A stretch of 64,000 nucleotides of DNA from Polyangiaceae bacterium (GTDB taxonomy: Bacteria > Myxococcota_A > Polyangia > Polyangiales > Polyangiaceae), in contig JBNKBE010000003.1 of the NCBI GenBank assembly GCA_050287085.1, forward strand, positions 239,350-303,349. Direction: 5' to 3'. The position numbers and the translations under genes were made by a program. Every line of letters begins with the position of its first letter. Position 1 is the stretch's first letter. Below, one piece after another: positions 9,872-19,826 of the stretch. The notes beneath the pieces are model-generated. The model made no database searches. It was given only the letters and a program-made list of their open reading frames with translations, and was not told where the DNA came from.

Positions 9872-11356
9872 CTAGCGCTCGATGACCAGGTAGCGAGTCA
9901 TGGCCCCACGTTGGACCACGACGAGTGCGTTGCCCTTGGAACGGCTCAGGAGCGATTCGGCACGTTCCACGGAGTCGATGGCTTTCTTATTCACCTCAAG
10001 CAACACGTCCCCGGGACGTATGCCGGCTTCTGCCGCCTTCGAGCCAGTAGCCACTCGCGCCACCAACACACGACCGGACGTCGACTCCAAATCGAAACGG
10101 CGAGCAACCTCGTCCGTGAGTGGTACTAGGCTCATACCCAGGGACTGACTCGAGCCTGGGGTTTCCCCCGCCTCGCCCGCCGGATGCTCGGCTTCCTTCA
10201 GCGTACCCAGTGTGACCTCAACGGTCATAGCTTTGCCGCTGCGCAGGATCGACAGCTTCACGGGCCGCGCCGCCCCCTTGGCCGCTATCAGATTCCGCAG
10301 GCGCCCGGTGCTGTCGGCGACCACCCCGTCAACCGCGGTGATCACGTCTCCACGCTGAACGCCTGCTTTATCCGCCGCTGACCCGGGGCTTACGCCCGAC
10401 ACCAACACGCCGTTGGTGTCAGCCAGGCCCAGCGCCTTTGCCAAGGCGGAATCCACGTCCTGAATATTGACGCCGAGGAAGCCGCGAACGACTTTGCCGT
10501 TCTTGAGCAGGCTATCAACAATGCCGCTCGCCATATCGGTTGGAATGGCGAAACCAATCCCCTGATTGCCACCGCTGCGAGATAGAATGGCGGTATTGAC
10601 GCCAACGAGCTCTCCCCGCATGTTGACCAACGCGCCACCGGAATTGCCTGGATTGATCGCTGCGTCCGTTTGAATGAAGTCTTCGTAGTCGACGATGCCA
10701 ACGTCCGCGCGCCCCTTGGCGGATACGATCCCCATGGTCACGGTCTGCCCAACTCCAAACGGGTTGCCAACGGCCAAGACGACGTCGCCCAACCGCAGAT
10801 TGGAGCTCTGCCCCACCCGGATCGGCTTCAAGCCCTTGGGATTGCCCTTCAGTCGAAGCACGGCCAGATCGGTGCGAGCGTCCGCGCCAACCACATCAGC
10901 GGGATACTCGGTACCATCAGCCACTGTCACATTAATCTGGGTCGCATCCTCGATTACGTGGTTATTCGTGACCACAACGCCGTCCGCACTCAGGATAACA
11001 CCCGACCCAAGCCCCTCACGCTTTCGTTTGCCGTTGCCCTGATGCCCGGGACCGAATGGGAATGGGAGCCCAAAGGGCATGCCCTCGCGCGGTGCCGCCT
11101 TCTCAGCCGAAACGTGCACGCTCACCACGCTCGGAGTCACCATCTCGGCAACATCAGCGATAGACAGGCCTGAGGGAGAACTGGCAGCTGCAAATGCAGG
11201 CTGCGAGAACGAAGGCAACAAGCTCGTCGCGTCGTCGCCGCTGCTGGGGCCCGTCGCTCCAATGTTGGATGAGCTGGCGCATGCTGGCCAGTATGCAAAA
11301 AGCAGAAGCAACAGCACAGCAGCCGAGAAATTCTTGAACTGAAATGGGCGAATCAT
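9872..11356 (-). CDS. degP: Periplasmic HtrA/Do-family serine protease with two PDZ domains
   Basis: 'GLGSGVI', 'TNNHV', 'DLAVL', 'IQTDAAINPGNSGGAL'; two C-terminal PDZ domains. Start approximate. Confidence 0.93.
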   Translation of the reverse strand: MIRPFQFKNFSAAVLLLLLFAYWPACASSSNIGATGPSSGDDATSLLPSFSQPAFAAASSPSGLSIADVAEMVTPSVVSVHVSAEKAAPREGMPFGLPFPFGPGHQGNGKRKREGLGSGVILSADGVVVTNNHVIEDATQINVTVADGTEYPADVVGADARTDLAVLRLKGNPKGLKPIRVGQSSNLRLGDVVLAVGNPFGVGQTVTMGIVSAKGRADVGIVDYEDFIQTDAAINPGNSGGALVNMRGELVGVNTAILSRSGGNQGIGFAIPTDMASGIVDSLLKNGKVVRGFLGVNIQDVDSALAKALGLADTNGVLVSGVSPGSAADKAGVQRGDVITAVDGVVADSTGRLRNLIAAKGAARPVKLSILRSGKAMTVEVTLGTLKEAEHPAGEAGETPGSSQSLGMSLVPLTDEVARRFDLESTSGRVLVARVATGSKAAEAGIRPGDVLLEVNKKAIDSVERAESLLSRSKGNALVVVQRGAMTRYLVIER

Positions 11357-11558
11357 AGCGAGCAACCTCTTGGACGGTGTGAAAGCTCTGGATCCCAGCA
11401 ACCTCCGGGCCCAATAGGCCGTCCGAGCCCTGAACCAACCAGCATCGATTTCCATTCCGAGGCTCGCGGCCCTTGGGCCGCGCGCTGGGCCCCGGGGGCC
11501 CTAGTGCGCTCCACTGGTGCGGAAGGCCTGGAAGTGAGGCCACCCTCACTCGGTGGTT

Positions 11559-12599
11559 CTAGCGGGATGAAACGACCTGGGTAATGGTACGCGCCATGTC
11601 GAGGAGGTGCACGCGCCGAGCACCAGAGACGCGCCTCACGACTTCCCGCGGCATTCCATACACCACGGCACTCTGCTCGCTTTCGACAAGAACGCTGCCA
11701 CCATGGCGCGCGATGTCCGCAGCCCCCTCTGCACCATCGTCACCCATGCCAGTAAGGACTACCCCCACGGCTCGCTCTCGCATCGTGGCTGCAACGCTGC
11801 GCAACAGCCTAGACACGCTTGGAACATAACGTTCCTCTGGATACGGCGAGACAAGCCTAACGACCAGATGCTCCTCATCGCCCTGCGTAAGCTCCATGCA
11901 GGTGTTGCCGGGACACACCAGAACGTCCCCAGCATATAGGCACTGGCGGTCGGTAGCTTCGAAGACTCGAAGCGGAGTATAGCGATCAAGCCGCTGTGCG
12001 AACGTGGTGGTGAAGCGCGGAGGCATGTGTTGAGCGATGACGACCGCGTAGTCAGGACTTGCTGCCAACTGCGACAGCACCTCGGAAATCGCCGTAGGTC
12101 CCCCCGTGGACGCTCCGATGGCAACAACGAAACGAGGACGCCGCAGCCTCGGCGTCCTCGGCGGAATGCTCACTAGAGGTCGAAGCTTGGGCGCCGGAGC
12201 CGGTTGTCGTGCGGCGCGCAGCAGACCGATCTTGCTCAACAAGAGACGCCCGAAGTCGGCAGCCTCCGCCCGCTCCGGCTTGGAAACGAAGTCGATGGCT
12301 CCGAGCTCCAGAGCGCGAAACACGTTCTCTTTTCGATCGTTGCCGGAGATCACCAGGACCGGCATCGGCTGACTTGCCATCAGCAGACGGAGAAAGCTGA
12401 ACCCGTCCATCTTGGGCATTTCAAGGTCCAGAGTCAGTGCGTCGGGCTTGAGCATCCGAGTGGCCTTTATCGCTTCTGTGCCGGTCGCGGCCGTACCCAC
12501 GACCCGCGCTATGCCGCTTGCCTCGATCGCGCGAAGGATCGCCTGGCGGCTCTGTGGCGAGTCGTCCACCACCAGGATGCGCAGCAGCTCTTCGCTCAC
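11559..12599 (-). CDS. cheB: Chemotaxis methylesterase (REC + esterase)
   Basis: REC 'VVDDS...LDLEMPKMDG'; Ser/His/Asp in 'GASTGG', 'QHMP', 'TGMGDDGA'. GTG start at 12599 overlaps the cheR stop (GTGA). Confidence 0.95.
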   Translation of the reverse strand: MSEELLRILVVDDSPQSRQAILRAIEASGIARVVGTAATGTEAIKATRMLKPDALTLDLEMPKMDGFSFLRLLMASQPMPVLVISGNDRKENVFRALELGAIDFVSKPERAEAADFGRLLLSKIGLLRAARQPAPAPKLRPLVSIPPRTPRLRRPRFVVAIGASTGGPTAISEVLSQLAASPDYAVVIAQHMPPRFTTTFAQRLDRYTPLRVFEATDRQCLYAGDVLVCPGNTCMELTQGDEEHLVVRLVSPYPEERYVPSVSRLLRSVAATMRERAVGVVLTGMGDDGAEGAADIARHGGSVLVESEQSAVVYGMPREVVRRVSGARRVHLLDMARTITQVVSSR

Positions 12600-13630
12600 G
12601 AAGCGGCCTCCCTGGGACCAAACGGCTTTCTGTAGACAATGTCCTTTGCCAGGTGGACCACCTCGAACGGCGAACTCGGATTCAACAGCGACTCCGAATG
12701 ACCGAGGAAGAGGTAGCCTCCATGAATCAAGCGGGAACGAAAACTCTCTACAACCCGCTTGCGCGCTTCGGGCCCCAGATAGATCAGCACGTTGCGACAG
12801 AAGACAACGTCGACGCGACCAACGACCGAACAAGCCCCCGAGTCGACCAGGTTAACCTGAGAGAACTGGCAGTAGCGACGAATGGCGTCTACAACACGGT
12901 AGCCCTGCGCTGTTCCATGTACCTGCGCTGTTCCATGTACCTGCGCTGTTCCATGTACCTGCGCTTCCCCGTGTACCTGGGGCCCCGATGCGCCGAGCGA
13001 TCCTGGTGGCGCAGACGGCTCCGATGTCGGCACGAAGTACTCGCTAAGCTCTTCCGGCTCGATAGCTCTGAACGAGACGTCGGTGTAGACGGCGCCTCTC
13101 GCAGTCGCTAGCCGCCGCTTGGAAATGTCGGTCCCGATGACTTTTACATCCCAGTCATTGAAGAGCCCAGACCGGTGAATGAGCATCGCAAGCGAATAGA
13201 CCTCTTCGCCCGTCGAGCAGCCAGCGCTCCAAACGGTCAGGCGTCGTTCTCTGCGCTGGGTTTCGTGAATCTTCGGCAACACATGGCTCACGAAGCTCTC
13301 CAGTTGATAGCGCTGCCGCATGAAATAGGTCTCGCCGGTGGTCAGGAGCTCCACCGCCTGCGCGACTTCTTCGCGCTGCGAGCCATAGCGAAGCAAACGG
13401 TAATAGGCGCCAAAGTCCGGGCACTCGTGAGCCAGCACCCGCTCCGACAAGCGGCGCTGGAAAGTGCGCAAGTGGGAAGGCTCGAAACGCAATCCTGCGT
13501 AGTCTTGAAAGAAGGTCGCCAGCAGCGCGAAGTCAGAGGGCGTCAGTTCAGGCTCCCCCACAGCGTCTGGCCCGTCGCGAAGCCCCTCCTCATCCCGCGC
13601 CTGCATCAGCACTCCTAGCTCACTCCACAC
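12596..13630 (-). CDS. cheR: Chemotaxis methyltransferase with a repeat insertion
   Basis: 'TTGETYFMR', 'WSAGCSTGEEVYSLA', 'GTDIS', 'FCRNVLIY', 'LFLGHSES'. Confidence 0.95.
   Translation of the reverse strand: MWSELGVLMQARDEEGLRDGPDAVGEPELTPSDFALLATFFQDYAGLRFEPSHLRTFQRRLSERVLAHECPDFGAYYRLLRYGSQREEVAQAVELLTTGETYFMRQRYQLESFVSHVLPKIHETQRRERRLTVWSAGCSTGEEVYSLAMLIHRSGLFNDWDVKVIGTDISKRRLATARGAVYTDVSFRAIEPEELSEYFVPTSEPSAPPGSLGASGPQVHGEAQVHGTAQVHGTAQVHGTAQGYRVVDAIRRYCQFSQVNLVDSGACSVVGRVDVVFCRNVLIYLGPEARKRVVESFRSRLIHGGYLFLGHSESLLNPSSPFEVVHLAKDIVYRKPFGPREAAS
12904..12979. repeat. 18-bp in-frame tandem repeat (about 4.2 units) in cheR
   Basis: CCTGCGCTGTTCCATGTA x3, then CCTGCGCTTCCCCGTGTA and CCTG; encodes QVHG(E/T)A x4. 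Confidence 0.95.
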
Positions 13631-13778
13631 ACTTCGTGTTCAGTCCGCGTCCGACGCGGCGGCGCCCATTACATCGCACCAACGCCCCTTGCCGTCCCGA
13701 TAGCCTTGCTCGTCCCGTGGCACCAGGCTTCTCATAGCACCCCTGGCGAACCAACGCATCTGGAGCCGGAGAACACGC

Positions 13779-14282
13779 TCAGACAAGCTGACCCTGCGGC
13801 GTGGCAATCTGGCCCGCCAGGGCCCAATCCGCCATCCGCGCGAAACGGAGTGTATCAAGAACGAACGTCAGCTGCCCATCGTGGGTTGTCACACCCAGGA
13901 ATAGGTTGTCGTCTACCTCACCCAGCTCGGGGGCCGGCCTGAGCCCTTTGCCCCCAGTGCCAAAGACCTCCGTCACCTTATCGACAACCAGCCCTAGCGA
14001 TCGTCCGGGTCCAATCTCCACGAGAATCCATTTCGGTCGACGCGCCACCCCGTCTTCAGGCACACCAAAGAGCCTACGCAGTTCGATAACGGGAACTACA
14101 TCACCGCGGTGGTCGGCCACCCCCGCCAAGATGGCCGGAGCATTCGGAAAGTTCGTAAGTGGCAGCGGGTTAACAATCTCGCGCACAACGCGAATCTGGA
14201 TAGCGTAGGCCGAAGCACCGACGAGGCACCCAACCAGGCTGCGCTCAACGTCGTGGCGCTCGCGACGACGTGTCTTACTCAC
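13779..14282 (-). CDS. cheW: CheW adaptor
   Basis: 'VREIV', 'GVADHRGDVVPVIELRRLFG', 'GLVVDKVTEV'. Confidence 0.9.
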   Translation of the reverse strand: MSKTRRRERHDVERSLVGCLVGASAYAIQIRVVREIVNPLPLTNFPNAPAILAGVADHRGDVVPVIELRRLFGVPEDGVARRPKWILVEIGPGRSLGLVVDKVTEVFGTGGKGLRPAPELGEVDDNLFLGVTTHDGQLTFVLDTLRFARMADWALAGQIATPQGQLV

Positions 14283-14770
14283 GGCGCCACCTTCTCCATA
14301 TCCAAGAGCACCACGGGGCCGTTCTGACCGCGAGCGATACCCAGCGTGTGCTCGGAAGCTTCCGACCCGAACACGCTTTGAGTGGGCTCGATCTCCTCTG
14401 ACCCGAGACGCACCACGGAAACCACTGAGTCTACGAGCAAACCAATCACCTCGCCGTCGGAGGTCTGAGTCAACAACACGCGACTGTCTTTGGGTATGGA
14501 AGTATGGGGTGGCAATCCGAGTCGTCGCCGCAGGCAGATGAGGGTAAGCAAACGCCCACGCACACTGAAAATTCCTAGAACATCACTCGGCGCGCGAGGC
14601 ACTGGAGTCACACGCGGACTGGTCTGAATCTCCAATATCCTCGGTAGAGCGAAGGCAAATGCTTCACCCGCAAGCTTGAATTCGAGGAACTCAATCACAC
14701 CGGAAGCCGCATCCCCGCTATCGACCAGGGACGAGGCAGCTGGAAGATTGAGGCGCGTCAGCTCAAACAC
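14279..14770 (-). CDS. cheW: CheW adaptor
   Basis: 'TPVPRAPSDVLGIFSVRG', 'GLLVDSVVSV'. Confidence 0.9.
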   Translation of the reverse strand: MFELTRLNLPAASSLVDSGDAASGVIEFLEFKLAGEAFAFALPRILEIQTSPRVTPVPRAPSDVLGIFSVRGRLLTLICLRRRLGLPPHTSIPKDSRVLLTQTSDGEVIGLLVDSVVSVVRLGSEEIEPTQSVFGSEASEHTLGIARGQNGPVVLLDMEKVAP

Positions 14771-16864
14771 TCAACCTGCCTCCTGAGCCAACCGAGAATC
14801 GCCGAAGGTCAATACTTCCTCGATGAGATTGGCCACGTCGAGAACCAACGCCACCCCCTGCTCCCCGAGCTCCGAAGCGCCAGCAATGCCGCGAACGCCG
14901 CTGAGGGAGGGTCCCAATGCCTTGATCACGATGTCTTCCTGTCCCACCAGATGGGTGACGACCAGCCCTGCGCGACGAGGCCCAGCAGCCACCACGACTA
15001 CGAAGCCACGACGACTGCCAGCTTGCTCGGGGATTCCGAACAACTCACTGAGTCGACAGAGCGGCAGCGTCGCACCGTCGCGGATCCATACCTCGCGGCC
15101 TTCCACCCATCGCAGCGCCGAAGGATCGAGAGCGAGCGCTTCCGAAACACTGCTGAGTGGAATAGCGAAGATGCGCTCACTGACCCGCACCAGCAGAGCG
15201 TTCACGATCGCGAGGGTGATGGGCAGCGTGACGGTTATTTGAGTGCCGATATTCTCTTCGCTGCGCAGGTCGATGACGCCGCCCAGCTTGCCGATATTCG
15301 TCTTGACGACGTCCATTCCCACGCCTCGGCCACTGTGTTCGTCGGCCTTCTCGCGAGTGCTGAGCCCAGGCAAGAACATCAGATTCAGCGCGTCGGAGCG
15401 GTTGAGCTCTATTGCATCCGAAGTGCTCAGAGCTCCCAGCTTAACGGCCCGATCGACCAGGGACTGGGCGCGAATACCCCCGCCATCGTCTTCGACCTCG
15501 AGCACGACGTGGTTGCCTTTTTGAAAAGCATTGAGCGCGATCGTTCCCGCGCTTGGCTTGCTGAGCTCTCGCCGTCGGTCCGCGTCCTCGATCCCGTGAT
15601 CGATGGCGTTGCGAACGATGTGCATCAACGGATCGCTCAGCTCCTCGACCAAGACCTTGTCAATCTCGGTCTCACCTCCCGTGATCACCAAGCGGACCTC
15701 TTTGTTCAGCTCGCGACTGATCTGTCGAACGACCCTCGTGAGGCGATCGAAGACCTGAGAGAGAGGCACCATGCGCACCTCGAGAATGCCTTCCTGAAGC
15801 TCGCGTAGACGTCGCTCGAAATCGCGGTTCAGGCGGAGAATTTCGGTGCCGAGCCCGCGCTGACCTTCGCCGCGAAGCCGCTCACCGAGCCTCGCAATCG
15901 CTCCGCGAACGATGGTGAGCTCCCCCACGGCGTCCATGAGCAAGTCCAGGCGACGAATATCGACCCGCACGGTTTGCGTAACGGAACGGATCATGGCGGC
16001 CGGCGCCATCGAGTGCTCGTCCGCATCACCCCCGCCCTTGGGGGCGTAGGTCGACTCGTCCTCTGCTGCGACCTCAGACGCGAGGGGGGATGTCACCAAG
16101 GGCGCTGGTTGTTGTGTGATCCGGGCCGCCGTCGGCAACGCGGTGATCCCCACCTGCTCGCTTCCCAACTCTCGCTCAAGCTCGCTCAACGCCACGCCGC
16201 TGGCGAGCAGAAGGTCGAGTTCGATCACGTCGGCACTCGCCGATTCCCCGGTGGGCAGGTACGTGATGACCTCTCCCAAGGGCTTGGCTTTTGCCTTGAT
16301 TGCTTCCAGATCCTTGTCGATGCTCACAAGCTCGAACTTCACGCGCACGCGATAAAGACCTAGCCCTTGCTTCAAACACGACTGGAGGCGATGCTCCTCG
16401 TACTCCGTCAGCACCGAGAGCAACGCGGGATCGATCAGCGAGCCGGGCAGTGGCTCCGGAGCTGACTCATCGCTGACGAGCGCATTCAAGCTCGCCATCA
16501 AGAACTTGATATCCGGTGCGCTGCCTTCCCCGTCGTTCTCGAAAGCCAACAGCTGCCAGTAGAGTTCTACGCTCTGAAACAATACGTCGAGCAGGTTCGC
16601 AGTGAGCGACAGACGTCCAAGACGCAACTTGTCGAGCACGTCCTCGAGACGGTGCGACAAGACGGCGATGTCCTGAGCTCCGAAGATCCCCGCTAGGCTC
16701 TTCAGCGTATGAACGGCGCGAAACGCGCCATTGACGAGCGCGGGCTCTTCCGTTCCCGCACGCTGGTGCTCGTCGAGGCCCAGAAGCGAGCGAGACAATG
16801 TCTCGACGAGCTCCTGCGCTTCGGAGAAGAAGTCCTCACGTGCTTTGTCGCCACCGTCCGCCAT
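14771..16864 (-). CDS. cheA: Chemotaxis histidine kinase (Hpt-P2-dimerisation-HATPase-CheW, no C-terminal REC)
   Basis: 'FRAVHTLK', 'VRVDIRRLD', 'HIVRNAIDHGIE', 'EDDGGG', 'SGRGVGMDVV', 'LPITLAI'. Start set at ATG 16864. Confidence 0.95.
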   Translation of the reverse strand: MADGGDKAREDFFSEAQELVETLSRSLLGLDEHQRAGTEEPALVNGAFRAVHTLKSLAGIFGAQDIAVLSHRLEDVLDKLRLGRLSLTANLLDVLFQSVELYWQLLAFENDGEGSAPDIKFLMASLNALVSDESAPEPLPGSLIDPALLSVLTEYEEHRLQSCLKQGLGLYRVRVKFELVSIDKDLEAIKAKAKPLGEVITYLPTGESASADVIELDLLLASGVALSELERELGSEQVGITALPTAARITQQPAPLVTSPLASEVAAEDESTYAPKGGGDADEHSMAPAAMIRSVTQTVRVDIRRLDLLMDAVGELTIVRGAIARLGERLRGEGQRGLGTEILRLNRDFERRLRELQEGILEVRMVPLSQVFDRLTRVVRQISRELNKEVRLVITGGETEIDKVLVEELSDPLMHIVRNAIDHGIEDADRRRELSKPSAGTIALNAFQKGNHVVLEVEDDGGGIRAQSLVDRAVKLGALSTSDAIELNRSDALNLMFLPGLSTREKADEHSGRGVGMDVVKTNIGKLGGVIDLRSEENIGTQITVTLPITLAIVNALLVRVSERIFAIPLSSVSEALALDPSALRWVEGREVWIRDGATLPLCRLSELFGIPEQAGSRRGFVVVVAAGPRRAGLVVTHLVGQEDIVIKALGPSLSGVRGIAGASELGEQGVALVLDVANLIEEVLTFGDSRLAQEAG

Positions 16865-16865
16865 A

Positions 16866-17267
16866 TCAGCAGGAGCGCGCCACTCTCCTTTCGGAAAGCA
16901 ACGACGCGACGACTTCAACTATCTGAGCGGGTGTGAAGGGCTTCTGAACGAAAGCGTCAGAACCAAGCTGCGCCCCACGTCGACGGTCGGTGCCCGTCCC
17001 CTCGGTGGAAATCAGAACCACCGGCGTCAGGGCATGCCGACCGTTGCTGCGGATGAAGCGCAGTAGTTCGAGGCCGTTGATATCGGGCATGTAGATGTCG
17101 CAGATCACCAAATCGTAGGGGCCATCTGGAAGCAGGCGCAAAGCCTCGAATCCTCCCCCCGCTTCCACTACCAGAACCGGGCCAAGCTGGCGTGCCGCGC
17201 CGACCAGTGCCGCTCGCACGAAGGCGCGCGTCGCGGGTGAGTCATCGACCAATAGAATACGAGTCAT
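16866..17267 (-). CDS. cheY: Single-domain response regulator (CheY-like)
   Basis: 'ILLVDDS', 'CDIYMPDINGLE', 'IST', 'KPF'; lies directly upstream of cheA. Confidence 0.88.
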   Translation of the reverse strand: MTRILLVDDSPATRAFVRAALVGAARQLGPVLVVEAGGGFEALRLLPDGPYDLVICDIYMPDINGLELLRFIRSNGRHALTPVVLISTEGTGTDRRRGAQLGSDAFVQKPFTPAQIVEVVASLLSERRVARSC

Positions 17268-17513
17268 AAGCGCCCCACCTTCGGAACCGACCGAAGCCCA
17301 AGATATTGGGCATACTCGAATGATAGCGGCCCAGCCCATAGGAATTGAACCGTCCGCGGCCGCCGCGACGCGAGTAGCCCCTCACCGTCCGACCCGTGGG
17401 CCTCTCGAGGATAGGTCGCGACAAAGCAGCGTACCGGCGATACTAGACCCTCGGAGCCCGCGCCCCGACAAAGTTGAGCTCCCCACGCCCCCTGCTCCAC
17501 CGTCGCGCCTCCC

Positions 17514-18362
17514 ATGTCGTCTTCCCGATCTGACACTAGCTCTGCTCCACCGCCATGGTCCCGATTAGCCATTCTCGTGGGGCTGGGTGTGGGGGCTTTG
17601 GCCGTGCCCAAGCTCTCCTTTCCTGCGGTCGTATTGCTTCTTGTCGGCGGATTGACGCTCCCGGCTCAGACGTCCGCCCAGAAGCGGTGGGGACGTGGCG
17701 CGCTAGCGCTCGCAACAATGCTGACGACCGCGGGCCTGCTGCGCTTCGTACTGCTGGACGCCCTGCCGGGTGTGATCGCGGGAGGGCGAGCCGCAGTAGA
17801 AAAACAAGCCGTCTCCACGCTCCGGGGCATCATCGTAGCCCAGGACTACGCGCGAACCCACGCGCTTCGCGACACCGATGGTGACGGAGTCGGTGAGGCA
17901 CTCACCCTGTCCGAGCTCGCCGGCTACCAGCCGGTCGGGGGGGCGCTTGGCGGTGCCAACGCCCCTCTGCATTTTCCGGAACAAGACCTGATCGACACCC
18001 GCCGCGGCAAGGCGCTACGCCGCGCGGGGTACCTGGTACAGGTCTGTTTGCCCGTCGCGGGGGATGAATTCGACGCGCGCCGAAGCTCGGCAGTGGACCC
18101 GGAGCTGGCCGAACGACGGTATCTGCTCTATGCCTGGCCAGAGCAGACTGGAAAGGGGCGCCCCCAAACCGTCTACTTCGCCGACGAACATGAACGAATC
18201 CTACAGCTCCCCGACCCCGAGGGGCGCATCGAAGGCCCGGCTCGACCACCGGATTGTGCAGCGGCGCTAGTGGAGCCTGGGTGGACCGCCTGGAAAGACA
18301 AGAAGCCCAAGGCCCACCTGGTCGGCGACTCGCCGGCGGGCGCTACGAGCCACCAGCCATGA
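17514..18362 (+). CDS. Membrane-anchored protein with pilin-like helical domain
   Basis: Hydrophobic N-terminal segments, then 'LPGVIAGGRAAVEKQAVSTLRGIIVAQ', 'DTDGDGVGE', 'GYLVQV', 'YAWPE'. Confidence 0.6.
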   Translation: MSSSRSDTSSAPPPWSRLAILVGLGVGALAVPKLSFPAVVLLLVGGLTLPAQTSAQKRWGRGALALATMLTTAGLLRFVLLDALPGVIAGGRAAVEKQAVSTLRGIIVAQDYARTHALRDTDGDGVGEALTLSELAGYQPVGGALGGANAPLHFPEQDLIDTRRGKALRRAGYLVQVCLPVAGDEFDARRSSAVDPELAERRYLLYAWPEQTGKGRPQTVYFADEHERILQLPDPEGRIEGPARPPDCAAALVEPGWTAWKDKKPKAHLVGDSPAGATSHQP

Positions 18363-18769
18363 TTCGCAACAACCTGAAAAGCCTCGGAAAAGAACTCCTC
18401 CGCGGAGTCGGTGCGCGCGTGCGCAGAGCGCAGGTATCACCCCCCGCAGGGTCATCCCGCACCGAAGCCAACGGGCCCGGCGCCCAGCTGTCGACGCGCA
18501 GCGCCGCTGAGCTGGCGGCAAGCGAGGATGAACCGCCCGTCGTGGCGCGTCTCATCGTCGAGATTCGAAGCGACGGCTCGCGCACGGTGGCACGCGGCGC
18601 CATGATCGACGAACAGAGCGGCGAACGGGTTTCGCTCGTCGCCCAGGGTCATTCCCCGCTTTCGCTCGCAGCGCAACTCGCCAAGAACCTGCTGAGCCTC
18701 CCCCTCACCCACGCTCGCTTCGTGCGCTCGCTGAAGTCGGACAAGCCGCCGCCCGAGGATCCCCGGTGA
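18359..18769 (+). CDS. Hypothetical protein
   Basis: ATGA overlap with upstream stop and GTGA overlap with downstream start; compact core 'ARLIVEIRSDGSRTVARGA'. Confidence 0.65.
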   Translation: MIRNNLKSLGKELLRGVGARVRRAQVSPPAGSSRTEANGPGAQLSTRSAAELAASEDEPPVVARLIVEIRSDGSRTVARGAMIDEQSGERVSLVAQGHSPLSLAAQLAKNLLSLPLTHARFVRSLKSDKPPPEDPR

Positions 18770-19341
18770 CTTCGCCGTCCCCCCAGGTGAACGCGACATC
18801 ACCGGTCGAAGTGGTCCGCCCTCGGCCCCTTGCAAAGCGCGTTCGGCGCTGGCTGCTCGAAGCCGGCGTCGCGTTGCTGGTTTACTTGGGGATGTCAGGT
18901 TACCAGGGTCGCCATCTGCTGTCGTCGCTGTCGCCCGCCCCGGCGTTCTCGGTGCAAAGCCTCGACGGCCACAACGTCACGTTGGAGTCCTTCCGCGGTA
19001 AACGCGTCATCTTGCACTTCTGGGCTACGTGGTGTGCGGTCTGTCGCCGAGAATTCTCGATGCTGAACTCACTCGCCCGAGAGCTGCCCGACAATACGGC
19101 GTTGCTGACGCTCGTCGCCGCCGATGACGCCGACGCGGTGCGTTCCTTGGCCCAAGAGCACAAGCTCGAATACCCGATCGCCATTGCCTCAGATGAACTC
19201 GTGCGCCGTTTCAAGGTGCACGCATTCCCCACAAACTACTTTCTTGACGAAGAGGGCCGCATCACGAGCAGCAGCGTCGGCATGAGTGCCGGCTGGGCTA
19301 TGCGGGCCCGCGCGAGCTGCAATGCGGCGCTCTTCCCGTGA
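18766..19341 (+). CDS. TlpA/ResA-family thiol-disulfide oxidoreductase
   Basis: N-terminal TM segment, 'LHFWATWCAVC', cis-Pro motif 'AFPT'. Confidence 0.88.
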   Translation: MTSPSPQVNATSPVEVVRPRPLAKRVRRWLLEAGVALLVYLGMSGYQGRHLLSSLSPAPAFSVQSLDGHNVTLESFRGKRVILHFWATWCAVCRREFSMLNSLARELPDNTALLTLVAADDADAVRSLAQEHKLEYPIAIASDELVRRFKVHAFPTNYFLDEEGRITSSSVGMSAGWAMRARASCNAALFP

Positions 19342-19352
19342 CGGATCGCTGG

Positions 19353-19826
19353 TCATTCCGCATCAGGCGCTGATGCTACTCGTATCAGGCGCTGATGCTC
19401 GATGCCCGCCTCCATGAAGCGAGGTCCCTCTGGCTCGAAACCCCACTGCGTCCAAAACGGTAGCGCCTGCACCTGTGCGTTCATGAGCGCTCGCTCTCCT
19501 GGCGGTATGGCGGCCAACATGGCTTGCGCCAACCTCCGACCAACTCCAATCTTCCGAACTTCGGGGAGCACCGCGACGCGCTCGAGCTTCCATCCCTCCG
19601 GCACACGACGCAGGCGGCCTGTGCCAACAGAGCGCCCTCCGAGCCTTGCCAGAAACTGGAGGGCTCGACCGTCCTCACCGTCCAGCTCAAGCTCGCTCGC
19701 GACCCCTTGTTCCTCAACGAACACTATGCGTCGCACTTGCAGCGCCTCGTCGAGCCACGGCGGAGTGTACTCGCTAAGAACCTGAATCGACGCCGGAGAC
19801 GCGCCTAGACTAAGAAGCTCAGTCAT
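19353..19826 (-). CDS. GNAT N-acetyltransferase (ElaA/YjcF-like)
   Basis: 'RRIVFVEEQGV', 'ERVAVLPEVRKIGVGRRL', 'NAQ', 'FMEAGIEH'. Confidence 0.88.
   Translation of the reverse strand: MTELLSLGASPASIQVLSEYTPPWLDEALQVRRIVFVEEQGVASELELDGEDGRALQFLARLGGRSVGTGRLRRVPEGWKLERVAVLPEVRKIGVGRRLAQAMLAAIPPGERALMNAQVQALPFWTQWGFEPEGPRFMEAGIEHQRLIRVASAPDAE

Noticed and set aside
12904..12979. Tandem repeats as a possible CRISPR array (also 22507-22556 and 30067-30112)
   Set aside because: The 18-bp units are adjacent with no spacers, lie in frame within ORFs, and no cas genes are present.
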